A stretch of 64,000 nucleotides of DNA, from assembly GCF_056712565.1 (NCBI RefSeq), contig NZ_CM160072.1; one strand, given 5' to 3'. The notes beneath the pieces were generated by a model. That model was not told the origin of the DNA. It did not search any database and worked only from the letters and a program-made list of their open reading frames with translations. Positions 36,736 through 45,933 of the stretch are shown here, one piece after another; position 1 is the first letter of the stretch, and each line of letters begins with the position of its first letter. The position numbers and the translations under genes are program-made.

Positions 36736-39146
36736 GCCATGCCGATATGAACAACTGCTGCGGCTTTAACGAGGCTGCCGCAGCGTTCTCATGGAACAGC
36801 CCGAAAAAGGCCATTAACCCTTATCTGGACCCGGCGGAAGTTGCGCCGGTTTCTGCGCTTTCAAACCTGATCACTCTGTACGCTGCCGATAACGAGCAGG
36901 AACAGTTGCGCCGCGAGGCACTGAGTGATCAGGTCTGGGAGCGTTATTTTTTTAATGAATCACGTGATCCTGTCCAGCACGAAATGGAGCAGGATAAGCT
37001 CATTAGCCGGGCAAAGCTGGCGCATGAGCAGCAGCGTTTTAATCCGGATATGGTCATTCTGGCGGACGTCAACGCCCAGCCTTCCCATATCAGCAAGCCG
37101 CTGATGCAACGTATTGAATACTTCAGCAGCCTGGGCAGGCCAAAGGCTTATTCCCGCTATTTACGTGAGACGATTAAGCCATGTCTGGAACGACTGGAGC
37201 ATGTACGCGACAGCCAGCTATCTGCATCTTTTCGTTTTATGGCAAGCCATGTAGGGCTGGACGGCCTGCTGATTCTGCCTGAAATGAGTCAGGATCAGGT
37301 GAAACGCCTGTCTACCCTTGTCGCTGCGCATATGAGCATGTGCCTTGATGCAGCTTGTGGTGATTTGTATGCCACCGATGACGTTAAGCCAGAAGAAATC
37401 CGCAAGACATGGGAAAAGGTGGCAGCGGAAACCCTGCGTCTGGATGTCATCCCGCCTGCGTTTGAGCAACTCCGTCGGAAAAGAAACCGCCGTAAACCCG
37501 TGCCCTATGAACTCATTCCGGGTTCGCTGGCGCGTATGTTGTGCGCCGACTGGTGGTACCGGAAATTATGGAAAATGCGTTGCGAATGGCGGGAAGAGCA
37601 GTTGCGTGCTGTCTGCCTGGTCAGCAAAAAAGCATCTCCCTATGTCAGCTATGAAGCCGTGATGCATAAACGTGAGCAGCGCCGCAAGTCACTGGAGTTT
37701 TTCCGTTCTCATGAACTGGTGAACGAAGAGGGCGACACGCTGGATATGGAAGACGTGGTAAACGCCAGCAGCAGCAACCCGGCGCACCGCCGCAATGAGA
37801 TGATGGCCTGTGTTAAAGGTCTGGAGCTTATCGCGGAAATGCGCGGTGACTGCGCCGTTTTCTACACCATTACCTGTCCGTCACGTTTCCATTCCACGCT
37901 CAATAACGGCAGACCAAACCCAACCTGGACAAATGCGACGGTAAGACAAAGCAGCGATTATCTGGTCGGCATGTTTGCTGCATTTCGTAAGGCGATGCAC
38001 AAAGCCGGGTTGCGCTGGTATGGCGTGCGGGTGGCTGAGCCGCATCATGACGGTACAGTTCACTGGCACCTGTTGTGTTTTATGCGCAAAAAAGACCGCC
38101 GCGCCATTACTGCATTGTTGCGTAAGTTTGCCATCCGTGAAGACCGCGAGGAACTGGGTAATAACACTGGTCCACGCTTTAAATCTGAGCTGATAAACCC
38201 GCGCAAAGGAACGCCGACAAGCTACATCGCGAAATACATCAGTAAGAACATTGACGGGCGTGGTCTGGCTGGCGAGATCAGCAAGGAAACGGGTAAATCC
38301 CTGCGTGATAACGCTGAATACGTTAATGCCTGGGCGTCTCTGCATCGTGTTCAGCAATTCCGCTTCTTTGGTATTCCAGGGCGTCAGGCTTACCGTGAAC
38401 TGCGGTTGTTGGCTGGTCAGGCGGCAAGGCAGCAGGGTGACAAAAAAGCAGGTGCGCCGGTACTGGATAACCCGCGCCTTGATGCCATCCTGGCTGCTGC
38501 TGATGCTGGCTGTTTTGCCACCTACATTATGAGGCAGGGCGGCGTGCTGGTTCCTCGCAAATATCACTTGATCAGAACCGCTTATGAAATCAATGAAGAG
38601 CCGACCGCCTATGGCGATCACGGTATTCGTATTTATGGCATCTGGTCACCCATTGCAGAAGGCAAGATCTGCACTCATGCAGTGAAGTGGAAAATGGTTC
38701 GTAAAGCCGTTGACGTTCAGGAGGCGGCAGCCGACCAGGGCGCTTGCGCCCCTTGGACTCGTGGCAATAACTGTCCCCTTGCTGAAAATTTGAACCAACA
38801 AGGGAAAGACAAATCAGCTGATGGGGATACCAGGACGGACATTACCCGCATGGATGACAAGGAGTTGCACGATTACCTGCACAGTATGAGCAAAAAAGAG
38901 CGCCGGGAACTGGCTGCAAGGTTACGCCTGGTGAAACCGAAACGGCGTAAAGACTACAAACAGCGAATTATAGACCATCAGCGACAGCAGCTCGTCTATG
39001 AACTGAAGTCCAGAGGATTTAATGGCAGCGAGAAAGAGGTCGATTTACTCCTTCGCGGCGGCAGTATTCCGTCAGGAGCAGGCCTGCGTATCTTCTATCG
39101 GAACCAGCGTTTGCAGGAAGATGATAAGTGGCGAAACCTGTATTAA
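36732..39146 (+). CDS. A: replication initiation endonuclease (P2 gpA / 186 A family)
   Basis: 804 aa; HWHLLCF motif and tyrosine-rich active region (YIAKYISK). Confidence 0.88.
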   Translation: MSHADMNNCCGFNEAAAAFSWNSPKKAINPYLDPAEVAPVSALSNLITLYAADNEQEQLRREALSDQVWERYFFNESRDPVQHEMEQDKLISRAKLAHEQQRFNPDMVILADVNAQPSHISKPLMQRIEYFSSLGRPKAYSRYLRETIKPCLERLEHVRDSQLSASFRFMASHVGLDGLLILPEMSQDQVKRLSTLVAAHMSMCLDAACGDLYATDDVKPEEIRKTWEKVAAETLRLDVIPPAFEQLRRKRNRRKPVPYELIPGSLARMLCADWWYRKLWKMRCEWREEQLRAVCLVSKKASPYVSYEAVMHKREQRRKSLEFFRSHELVNEEGDTLDMEDVVNASSSNPAHRRNEMMACVKGLELIAEMRGDCAVFYTITCPSRFHSTLNNGRPNPTWTNATVRQSSDYLVGMFAAFRKAMHKAGLRWYGVRVAEPHHDGTVHWHLLCFMRKKDRRAITALLRKFAIREDREELGNNTGPRFKSELINPRKGTPTSYIAKYISKNIDGRGLAGEISKETGKSLRDNAEYVNAWASLHRVQQFRFFGIPGRQAYRELRLLAGQAARQQGDKKAGAPVLDNPRLDAILAAADAGCFATYIMRQGGVLVPRKYHLIRTAYEINEEPTAYGDHGIRIYGIWSPIAEGKICTHAVKWKMVRKAVDVQEAAADQGACAPWTRGNNCPLAENLNQQGKDKSADGDTRTDITRMDDKELHDYLHSMSKKERRELAARLRLVKPKRRKDYKQRIIDHQRQQLVYELKSRGFNGSEKEVDLLLRGGSIPSGAGLRIFYRNQRLQEDDKWRNLY

Positions 39147-39238
39147 TTACGCGGGTTAACAATTCGTGCTCTTAATAATACCAGGCATATCAGGCTAATG
39201 AACGTAAAAAAACGTTTTACATCAGTAAGATTATTATA

Positions 39239-39258
39239 TACTGTAAATATAAACAGTG
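39239..39258 (+). promoter_or_regulatory. LexA box (SOS operator)
   Basis: TACTGTAAATATAAACAGTG matches CTGT-N8-ACAG; 40 bp upstream of a small ORF plus dinI-like gene. Confidence 0.6.
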
Positions 39259-39299
39259 GTTATGTATACAGTATTGCTTGTGGTGTCATAGGAGGAAAG

Positions 39300-39488
39300 A
39301 TGCAGGACTATTTTTTGGAGTCTTTGAAGCTCCAGCGCATTGATTTTTTTCTTAAGCTTGTAGCGGCTAGTGAGTGTAGTGATGAAGAGAAGGGGCTGGC
39401 TTTGCAGTGGGTTTCTGAACTGACAGATGAACTCATGGCAAAAATCAGAACCCACGAATACAACCGCTCAATGGATGTCATCAGCTGA
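39300..39488 (+). CDS. small SOS-operon protein (possible Tum-like antirepressor fragment)
   Basis: 62 aa; GGAGG RBS; directly downstream of the LexA box and upstream of the dinI-like gene. Confidence 0.4.
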   Translation: MQDYFLESLKLQRIDFFLKLVAASECSDEEKGLALQWVSELTDELMAKIRTHEYNRSMDVIS

Positions 39489-39498
39489 GGTGACCTTT

Positions 39499-39732
39499 AT
39501 GCGCATTGAAATAATGATCGATAAAGAGCAGAAGATTAGCCAGTCTACCCTGGACGCCCTTGAATCCGAGCTTTACCGCAATCTGCGCCCCCTGTATCCC
39601 AAAACGGTAATTCGCATCCGCAAAGGTAGCTCTAACGGTGTGGAACTGACCGGACTGCAACTGGACGAAGAAAGAAAACAAGTGATGAAGATTATGCAGA
39701 AGGTGTGGGAAGACGACAGCTGGCTGCATTAA
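39499..39732 (+). CDS. DinI-family protein
   Basis: 77 aa; MRIEIMIDKEQ...VWEDDSWLH resembles DinI (MRIEVTI...); GAGGTGA RBS. Confidence 0.75.
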   Translation: MRIEIMIDKEQKISQSTLDALESELYRNLRPLYPKTVIRIRKGSSNGVELTGLQLDEERKQVMKIMQKVWEDDSWLH

Positions 39733-39891
39733 GAAAAGTTGCTGGCGTCTGAACTTGGTTCTGGCGTCAGCAAGGTTGAACAACGAGTACAGTGAGGCGT
39801 TAGGTGTGGCGTTTATTTGATGAGTGAACGCCCGTTCTGCGATAGGTTCGGAGATTAAGGTTGAAACTACGGGCAAAATACCATCTTTTTC

Positions 39892-40317
39892 CTACTTAAT
39901 TGAGTCCAGTAACAAGTTACAGTTACTCTCATTGTAGAGAGAACGAGCAATTAGTGTTACCTGCTTTCCATTCATTCCCGGCTTATCCCATAACACAGCT
40001 TCTTGCGACGCCACAAATTCAGCATAATCAATTATGCGTTGTTCGTGATCTGGTTCCTCATAGCCAAAGTATGAGAGCGCATCGTTGTAAGCGTGGTAAG
40101 CTGCTTTCTGTAATATCTTGATATCGGCTGTAGGTACTTGCTCCGTGTAGCTAGGATCTAATTGTGTGCTACTGCCATAGAATGCACATGAAAGGTAAGA
40201 TATTGATTTCTGTTGAGCTTTAGTTCCTTTCTCATAGTTTTTAGCTGTTACCGCCTGAACAGGGACGCTAACAAAGCTTGCAACCAGAATTAAAATTAAT
40301 ACGTAAAAGCTTTTCAT
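39892..40317 (-). CDS. secreted protein of unknown function (cargo)
   Basis: 141 aa; signal peptide MKSFYVLILILVASFVSVPVQA; lower-GC segment; opposite strand to flanking phage genes. Confidence 0.6.
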   Translation of the reverse strand: MKSFYVLILILVASFVSVPVQAVTAKNYEKGTKAQQKSISYLSCAFYGSSTQLDPSYTEQVPTADIKILQKAAYHAYNDALSYFGYEEPDHEQRIIDYAEFVASQEAVLWDKPGMNGKQVTLIARSLYNESNCNLLLDSIK

Positions 40318-40587
40318 TTTGACCTCAGCCGAAACGTTAGAGAGACTATCGAAATTTGTAAAACCCGTGGCGATTCAGTTTGAGATCCTCCCCCTTACAT
40401 GATTTTTAATCAAATATATGCTTTTGTAAGCATACCTGTTAACCGAATTATTTATTTTTAGAGATCTTCCGACATACTGATTATGCCCGCTGAGGAGTTC
40501 ACCTTGCGTAAAGTCCGATTCGCTTTACTCGTCTGTGCATGTCTATGCTGCATGAGATTGCATGATCGTTTGAGGATCGTTTTTGCT

Positions 40588-40617
40588 AAGGCCCGCCAGA
40601 ACTGGCGGGCTTTTGCG
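40588..40617 (+). terminator. rho-independent terminator
   Basis: GCCCGCCAG-aact-GGCGGGC followed by TTTTG. Confidence 0.5.
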
Positions 40618-40659
40618 TAGATCATGCTCCTGCATGAAAACCACTACATAAAGCGGGCA

Positions 40660-40678
40660 GGCGTGGCGGGGATACGAG
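40660..40678. other. cos-like site (P2/186-type cohesive end sequence)
   Basis: GGCGTGGCGGGGATACGAG; first 13 nt identical to the 186 cohesive end (GGCGTGGCGGGGAAAGCAT) as recalled from the literature. Confidence 0.45.
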
Positions 40679-40692
40679 CGCGCGCTTGCACC

Positions 40693-40721
40693 TTGATATT
40701 CACGGTTTGGTTAAGTATTGT
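40693..40721 (+). promoter_or_regulatory. putative sigma70 promoter for the protease operon
   Basis: TTGATA-N17-TATTGT about 40 bp upstream of the protease start. Confidence 0.3.
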
Positions 40722-40761
40722 CTTAGTCAGAGTCCATAACATATTACAGAATGGAGTTGTT

Positions 40762-41409
40762 ATGATTGGTCCTGAATATGTCGTAGTTGTTGGCGTGCTT
40801 AATGCAGGTTTGGTTAGTTTTTTAGGAACAGGTTTTTTTATTTCTAAGGATAAAATAATTACTTCCCGCCATGTTATTAATGGGTTTTCTTCTAACTTAG
40901 TTATTTCTCCATCTAATATAAATAACTTTAATAGTTATCAGGATACAAGTGTTGATAAATTTCAATGTATTGGAGTTGATGTTATTGATGAAGATCCAAT
41001 AAAAGACTTATGTGTGTTAAAAATTAAAAATGCACCTGTTTATGAACCTTGCCTAAAAATTGCTACTCTTGACGATGTTAATGTCGGTGAAGATGTGGGT
41101 ATTTTAGGTTTCCCACATTGTAATGAAAATAGAAAAGTATTGACATTTCAAACGGCAAAAATAGGTGCAAAAGTTTTACTTTCAAGCAGTAATATTCAAT
41201 CTAAACATGCCGTTATAAATATCCAAACCAGACCTGGTCAATCGGGATCGATTGTATTTAATTTAAAAAATGACTCGGTAATAGGCGTCTTGGTTGGCGC
41301 TTATGCAAATAATTCTGGAGGTTCTGTTTTGGTTGGAGGTATTAATCCAGCTGAACTACATCAGACAACTTATGCGGTTTCTGCAGAATATGTTAAGGAT
41401 ATGTTATGA
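40762..41409 (+). CDS. trypsin-like (S1/chymotrypsin-fold) serine protease, stand-alone domain
   Basis: 216 aa from MIGPEYVVVVG... (GGAG RBS); candidate triad His in GTGFFISKDKIITSRHV, Asp in DLCVLKI, Ser in RPGQSGSIVF; about 30% GC. Confidence 0.75.
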   Translation: MIGPEYVVVVGVLNAGLVSFLGTGFFISKDKIITSRHVINGFSSNLVISPSNINNFNSYQDTSVDKFQCIGVDVIDEDPIKDLCVLKIKNAPVYEPCLKIATLDDVNVGEDVGILGFPHCNENRKVLTFQTAKIGAKVLLSSSNIQSKHAVINIQTRPGQSGSIVFNLKNDSVIGVLVGAYANNSGGSVLVGGINPAELHQTTYAVSAEYVKDML

Positions 41410-41852
41410 TTGCTATACCAAATGAAGATGCTGAGTCTTGGTTGTCCACTTTAAAAACGTATCAATCTTCATCTGTCAGGAATTTTCTCGAAAATGGCGA
41501 TGAAGAAAAGGCTCTTGAGCTATGGCTAACTGCATCTGGCCCAAGTTCAGTTGCTCAATTTGGCGGTGATAATTCAAAAATGCCGGGAAGAAAAGCGTTT
41601 GTTGAGCAGTTTAAATTAGAGTTTAAGGCTTTTGTATGTGGAGGTGATAAATATGCAGAGGAGAGGGAATGTTTAGGAGCACTGACTGGTGATGTTAAAA
41701 CATACTTTGTAGGGGTGATCTCTTCGGCAATTGCGGGTTCTTTGGGGGCAACAGCAACATTTATTGCTCCAGCTGTAGTAATTATGTTGATAGCTGTCTC
41801 AAAAATGGGAATTAATGCTTGGTGTTCATTAGAGACAACGACAGAATCTTAG
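41406..41852 (+). CDS. small tail-anchored membrane protein, partner of the protease
   Basis: 148 aa; start overlaps protease stop (ATGA); C-terminal Gly/Ala-rich hydrophobic helix YFVGVISSAIAGSLGATATFIAPAVVIMLIAVS; AT-rich. Confidence 0.6.
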   Translation: MIAIPNEDAESWLSTLKTYQSSSVRNFLENGDEEKALELWLTASGPSSVAQFGGDNSKMPGRKAFVEQFKLEFKAFVCGGDKYAEERECLGALTGDVKTYFVGVISSAIAGSLGATATFIAPAVVIMLIAVSKMGINAWCSLETTTES

Positions 41853-41855
41853 GAA

Positions 41856-41880
41856 AACGCCCTTTTAGGGCGTTTTTTTA
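41856..41880 (+). terminator. rho-independent terminator after the protease operon
   Basis: AACGCCCT-ttta-AGGGCGTT followed by TTTTTTT; overlaps the portal gene stop on the other strand. Confidence 0.6.
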
Positions 41881-42906
41881 TAAATCATAATGCTGAAATC
41901 GGATAGTTTTCTCACCTAACCATTCATTAACTTCCATTATTCTTTTTTGGAGTGGAATTAGTTCATTTCTAACAAAAACCTTACTCGCCTTCTCCACATC
42001 CCCAAACCCTCCAACATTATTAGGCATTATCCCCATCATTTGTGGCGGCACACGATGCGCCGCCATCATGTCGTCCCGGCTCACGTTCTTGATATTCAGG
42101 AACTCATCCTTCGCCGCCACTTCTGACAACGGGATAATCTGAAGCCCGTCCTTTTTACCGTTAGGCGAGTACATAAACAGGTTACGGAAGTTACCAGGAC
42201 CTTTGGCACTTTTCATCGCGTTGCGGAGATTGTTCACATCCTCCTGATTCTGCGCGGCATCGGTCATATACATGATGAAGCCTGCATGGCTGCCGTTGAT
42301 GTAATACTTGCGGCGGAACAGCGTGGCGGACTTATTGAGCAGGGCTGACGGAATGGCAGAAAGATAGCCGGGCAGGCCGTAGATCTCCTGGTTGATGTCC
42401 GGTTCCATCAGATGAAAAATGCTGCCTTTCGTGAACTGATACGGCTGGGTTGTCATACCGTATTGCACAAACCAGTAGGTATCCAGGTCTAACCCGCGTC
42501 GGGTGTATTTTGCCAGCGCAGGATCAAGGGCGATAACTTCACCGAATCGGTTCGTGCGTTTCTCCAGGTAGGCGTTACCAAATACCAGATAGTCCTGCAC
42601 AAAACGCGAAAAAGCCTGCTGGCTGAGCAGCGGATGAGGGATATAGGTACTGGTCAGAATGTTGCACTTTACTGCAATCGGAGAACTGTGATGCACGGCG
42701 GCGCGGAAGGTGCGCGCCAGTCCGTCAAAGCTGACGGGCGGCTCATACCAGCGATCTGTCTGTACGCATTCCACATAGTCCAGCAGTTCACGGCGGTCCA
42801 GAACAGGAACGGGATCACCGAAGCTGAATGCTTCGGCTGAAGTCTGGCTTTTATGCTGGAGCTGGTTCGTCGACGCAGCGCGGTTCTTCTTACTCTTTCC
42901 CATCAA
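41878..42906 (-). CDS. Q: portal protein (P2 gpQ-like)
   Basis: 342 aa; size and position (upstream terminase on the same strand) match P2 Q. Confidence 0.88.
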   Translation of the reverse strand: MMGKSKKNRAASTNQLQHKSQTSAEAFSFGDPVPVLDRRELLDYVECVQTDRWYEPPVSFDGLARTFRAAVHHSSPIAVKCNILTSTYIPHPLLSQQAFSRFVQDYLVFGNAYLEKRTNRFGEVIALDPALAKYTRRGLDLDTYWFVQYGMTTQPYQFTKGSIFHLMEPDINQEIYGLPGYLSAIPSALLNKSATLFRRKYYINGSHAGFIMYMTDAAQNQEDVNNLRNAMKSAKGPGNFRNLFMYSPNGKKDGLQIIPLSEVAAKDEFLNIKNVSRDDMMAAHRVPPQMMGIMPNNVGGFGDVEKASKVFVRNELIPLQKRIMEVNEWLGEKTIRFQHYDL

Positions 42907-44582
42907 AAAATCTCCACAATATTACTGGTATTGGCGGACTCGCCCTGCAGTGGTTCGTTAAACAGTGCGTGCATTGTTGCCCAGGCCAGATCGGCGTGGC
43001 TGGCTTCTTCGCTGCGGCTGGCTTCATAGGTCGGGCGGTTGCCGCTGGCGGTGGTTGCGCGACGGATTGCCATGAATGACTGCGCAATGTCGGTGTGTCC
43101 GGCGTCAAACTCCAGACGGCGGTGGCTGATAATGTCGTAGGCCTTGAGTACCAGGGCGTTTTTAACGTTGGGGTTGTAGACAAACTCCCGGACGGCAGGA
43201 AAGAACGCTTTCACGTTCTCATAAACCCCGTGACCGACACCTGTCGAGTCGATGCCGATATATGTCACGTTGTACTGTTCGGTCAGTTTTTTGATGGCGT
43301 CCGCCTGGGCGCGGAAGTCCATCCCGCGCCACTGGTGACGCTCAAGAATACGGAACTTACCGCCCGGCACGGCTGGCGGAGCCACCACCACGCATCCGGC
43401 ACTGTCGCCGTTCTGCGTACCTTTTGCCGGGTCATAACCGATCCACACTTCGCGCCAGCCAAACGGGCGCAGCGCCAGTGCATGAAAGTCGGTCCAGACT
43501 TCCCAGCTGTCCACCATGCACGCCTGCAATTCGCTGAGCGGGAACACAGATGCGAGATCGTCAACGAACTCGCACATCAGCAGGTTCTGGTATTCGTCCG
43601 GGCTGTACTCCATGCGCAACTGGTCGAGGTCGAACAGGTTACAGCCGCCGCGTACCGCATCTTCCACGGTGACTATCTGGCGGTATTGCCCGTCTGCGCA
43701 CAGCAGGCCGGGGGCCAGATTGCTGTGGGACAGGTCGATGTCCACCTTATCGGCTTTGTTGCGCCCACGGTTGAACAACGCGCCGGACCAGAACGGATAA
43801 GCACTGTGGGTCAGGCTGGATGGCGTGGAAAAATAGGTCTGTCGCCATTTCTTGTGAATAGCCATACCGGAAGCCACTTTGCGCAGCTCCTGAAATTTTG
43901 GTATCCAGAAATATTCATCCAGATACAGGTTGCCGTGATAACTCTGGGCCGTGCGGGCATTGGTGCCTAGGAAGTAAAGCGTGGCCCCGTTAGGAAGCAC
44001 CATCGGATCGCCTTTCAGCTCCACCTCCACTTCTTTGGCGAAGTCGATGATGTACTGCTTAAAGACGTGGGCCTGTGCCTTACTGGCGGAAAGGAAAATC
44101 TGGTTACGCCCGGTAAGCAGAGCGTCAATCAGGGCTTCACGGGCAAAGTAAAAGGTTGCGCCGATCTGGCGTGACTTCAGCAGGTTGCGGATGCGGTTGT
44201 TTTTTCCGGCTTCCCACCAGTGGCGCTGGTAGTTGAACATGGAGGAATGGAAGATTTCTTCCAGCTTCTCAATCTGTTCATCGGTGAAAACGTTCTTTTC
44301 CGGCTGACGGCGCGGGCCTTTGTTGCGGTTGGCGACGTTAGGGTTTAAGTCGGCTTCGTTGCCGCCATTGTTAAACTTGCCGATCCGCGCATGGCGCTCC
44401 GACTGGCGCGCCAGCAGGTCAATCTCTTTGAAATCTTTCCCTTCTTTGTGCTCCTTCATAATGAGCTGGCAGTAGCGTGCGGCGGTGGTGAGCTGCATCT
44501 GATCCAGCGGCCCATAGTCACCCCACTTGTCGCGTTTTTTCCAGCTGTTCCAGTAAGTTTTTTCTAACGGAGCACGGCTCAT
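42903..44582 (-). CDS. P: terminase large subunit (P2 gpP-like)
   Basis: About 559 aa (ORF could extend to 44630 or start later); Walker-type ATPase plus nuclease; overlaps the portal start. Confidence 0.88.
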   Translation of the reverse strand: MSRAPLEKTYWNSWKKRDKWGDYGPLDQMQLTTAARYCQLIMKEHKEGKDFKEIDLLARQSERHARIGKFNNGGNEADLNPNVANRNKGPRRQPEKNVFTDEQIEKLEEIFHSSMFNYQRHWWEAGKNNRIRNLLKSRQIGATFYFAREALIDALLTGRNQIFLSASKAQAHVFKQYIIDFAKEVEVELKGDPMVLPNGATLYFLGTNARTAQSYHGNLYLDEYFWIPKFQELRKVASGMAIHKKWRQTYFSTPSSLTHSAYPFWSGALFNRGRNKADKVDIDLSHSNLAPGLLCADGQYRQIVTVEDAVRGGCNLFDLDQLRMEYSPDEYQNLLMCEFVDDLASVFPLSELQACMVDSWEVWTDFHALALRPFGWREVWIGYDPAKGTQNGDSAGCVVVAPPAVPGGKFRILERHQWRGMDFRAQADAIKKLTEQYNVTYIGIDSTGVGHGVYENVKAFFPAVREFVYNPNVKNALVLKAYDIISHRRLEFDAGHTDIAQSFMAIRRATTASGNRPTYEASRSEEASHADLAWATMHALFNEPLQGESANTSNIVEIF

Positions 44583-45930
44583 GACAGTGAAAGCAAAGCG
44601 TTTTCGCATCGGGGTGGAAGGTGCCACCACCGACGGACGCGAAATCCAGCGTGAATGGCTGGAACAGATGGCAGCCAGCTACAACCCGGCGGTGTATACC
44701 GCGCTGATTAACCTTGAGCACATCAAGTCTTATATACCGGACAGCACCTTTAACCGCTACGGCAAGGTGACGGCGCTGTTTGCTGAAGAAATCACGGAAG
44801 GTCCGCTGGCAGGCAAGATGGCGCTGTATGCCGACGTTGAGCCAACGGAGTCCCTGGTGGAACTGGTGAAAAAAGGCCAGAAATTATTCACCTCTATGGA
44901 AGTCAGCCCGAAGTTCGCTGATACGGGCAAAGCCTACCTGGTCGGCCTGGCTGCCACTGATGACCCTGCCAGTCTGGGTACGGAAATGCTGACATTCAGC
45001 GCCAGTGCAGCCCATAACCCGCTGGCAAACCGCAAGCAGAATCCTGCCATGACTGAGCAGTCCGGTCAGCTGCTGGGGCTGGGTGTTGGCAGCACCATTG
45101 CCGGAACCACTGACACCACCGCAAAAGAGCGTGAACCTGTCGATCCGACGCTGATGGTCGATGTGGAATATAAATGCGAGCAGACCAACTTTGACACGGT
45201 GCTGACCTACGCGAAGCTGGACCTGTGGGCGAAGTTTCAGGATTTCCAGGTGCGTATCCGTGACGCCATCGTGAAACGTCAGGCACTGGACCGCATCATG
45301 ATCGGCTTTAACGGCGTGAAGCGTGCGAAAACCTCCAACCGTAGTGAAAACCCGCTGCTGCAGGATGTGAACAAAGGCTGGCTGCAGAAAATCCGTGAGG
45401 ATGCACCGGATCACGTCATGGGCAGCACCACCACGGGCGGCGAAACCACACCGGGTGCGGTGAAAGTCGGTAAAGGGGGCGAATATGCCAACTTGGACGC
45501 TGTGGTGATGGATGCGGTCAATGAGCTTATCGACGTGGTCTACCAGGACGATGACGATCTGGTGGTGATTTGCGGTCGTGAACTGCTGTCTGACAAGTAT
45601 TTCCCGCTGGTCAACAAAGAGCAGGAAAACAGTGAAAAATTGGCAGCCGATATGATTATCAGTCAGAAACGCATGGGCGGTCTGCAGGCCGTGCGTGCGC
45701 CGTTCTTCCCGCCGAATGCGCTGCTGATCACCCGTCTGGATAACCTGTCCATCTACTGGCAGGAAGACACCCGCCGCCGTTCAGTTATCGACAACCCGAA
45801 ACGTGACCGGATTGAAAACTTTGAATCCGTTAACGAAGCCTATGTGGTTGAGGACTACCGCTGCGCCGCACTGGTGGAAAACATCCAGATTGGTGATTTC
45901 AGCGCCGCCGCAGCCGAAACCGGAGCGTAA
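44581..45930 (+). CDS. scaffold/protease (gpO-like N-terminus) fused in frame to major capsid (gpN-like) C-terminal region
   Basis: 449 aa; N-terminus FRIGVEGATTDGR...TSMEVSPKFADTGKAYLVGLAATDDPASLGTE resembles gpO; C-terminus YKCEQTNFD...LDLWAKFQDFQVRIRDAI...GFNGVKRA resembles gpN; interval is about 0.65 kb shorter than the O+N pair in P2. Confidence 0.65.
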   Translation: MTVKAKRFRIGVEGATTDGREIQREWLEQMAASYNPAVYTALINLEHIKSYIPDSTFNRYGKVTALFAEEITEGPLAGKMALYADVEPTESLVELVKKGQKLFTSMEVSPKFADTGKAYLVGLAATDDPASLGTEMLTFSASAAHNPLANRKQNPAMTEQSGQLLGLGVGSTIAGTTDTTAKEREPVDPTLMVDVEYKCEQTNFDTVLTYAKLDLWAKFQDFQVRIRDAIVKRQALDRIMIGFNGVKRAKTSNRSENPLLQDVNKGWLQKIREDAPDHVMGSTTTGGETTPGAVKVGKGGEYANLDAVVMDAVNELIDVVYQDDDDLVVICGRELLSDKYFPLVNKEQENSEKLAADMIISQKRMGGLQAVRAPFFPPNALLITRLDNLSIYWQEDTRRRSVIDNPKRDRIENFESVNEAYVVEDYRCAALVENIQIGDFSAAAAETGA

Positions 45931-45933
45931 TCC

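Noticed and set aside
39745-39775. Possible hairpin terminator after the dinI-like gene (GCTGGCGTC...CTGGCGTCAGC)
   Set aside because: The two halves are direct rather than inverted repeats, apart from a short outer TTGCTG/CAGCAA pair; not a convincing stem-loop.
40624-40761. N-terminal extension of the protease ORF (261-aa call)
   Set aside because: The extension runs through the GC-rich cos-like and terminator region and lacks an RBS; the AT-rich coding part begins at the Met at 40762 with a GGAG RBS.
44502-44580. TGT-N12-ACA late promoter elements between terminase and the scaffold/capsid gene
   Set aside because: I scanned the interval and found no TGT-N12-ACA dyad, so no late promoter is annotated here.
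44884-45414. 176-aa minus-strand ORF
   Set aside because: Antisense within the capsid-like gene; no supporting features.
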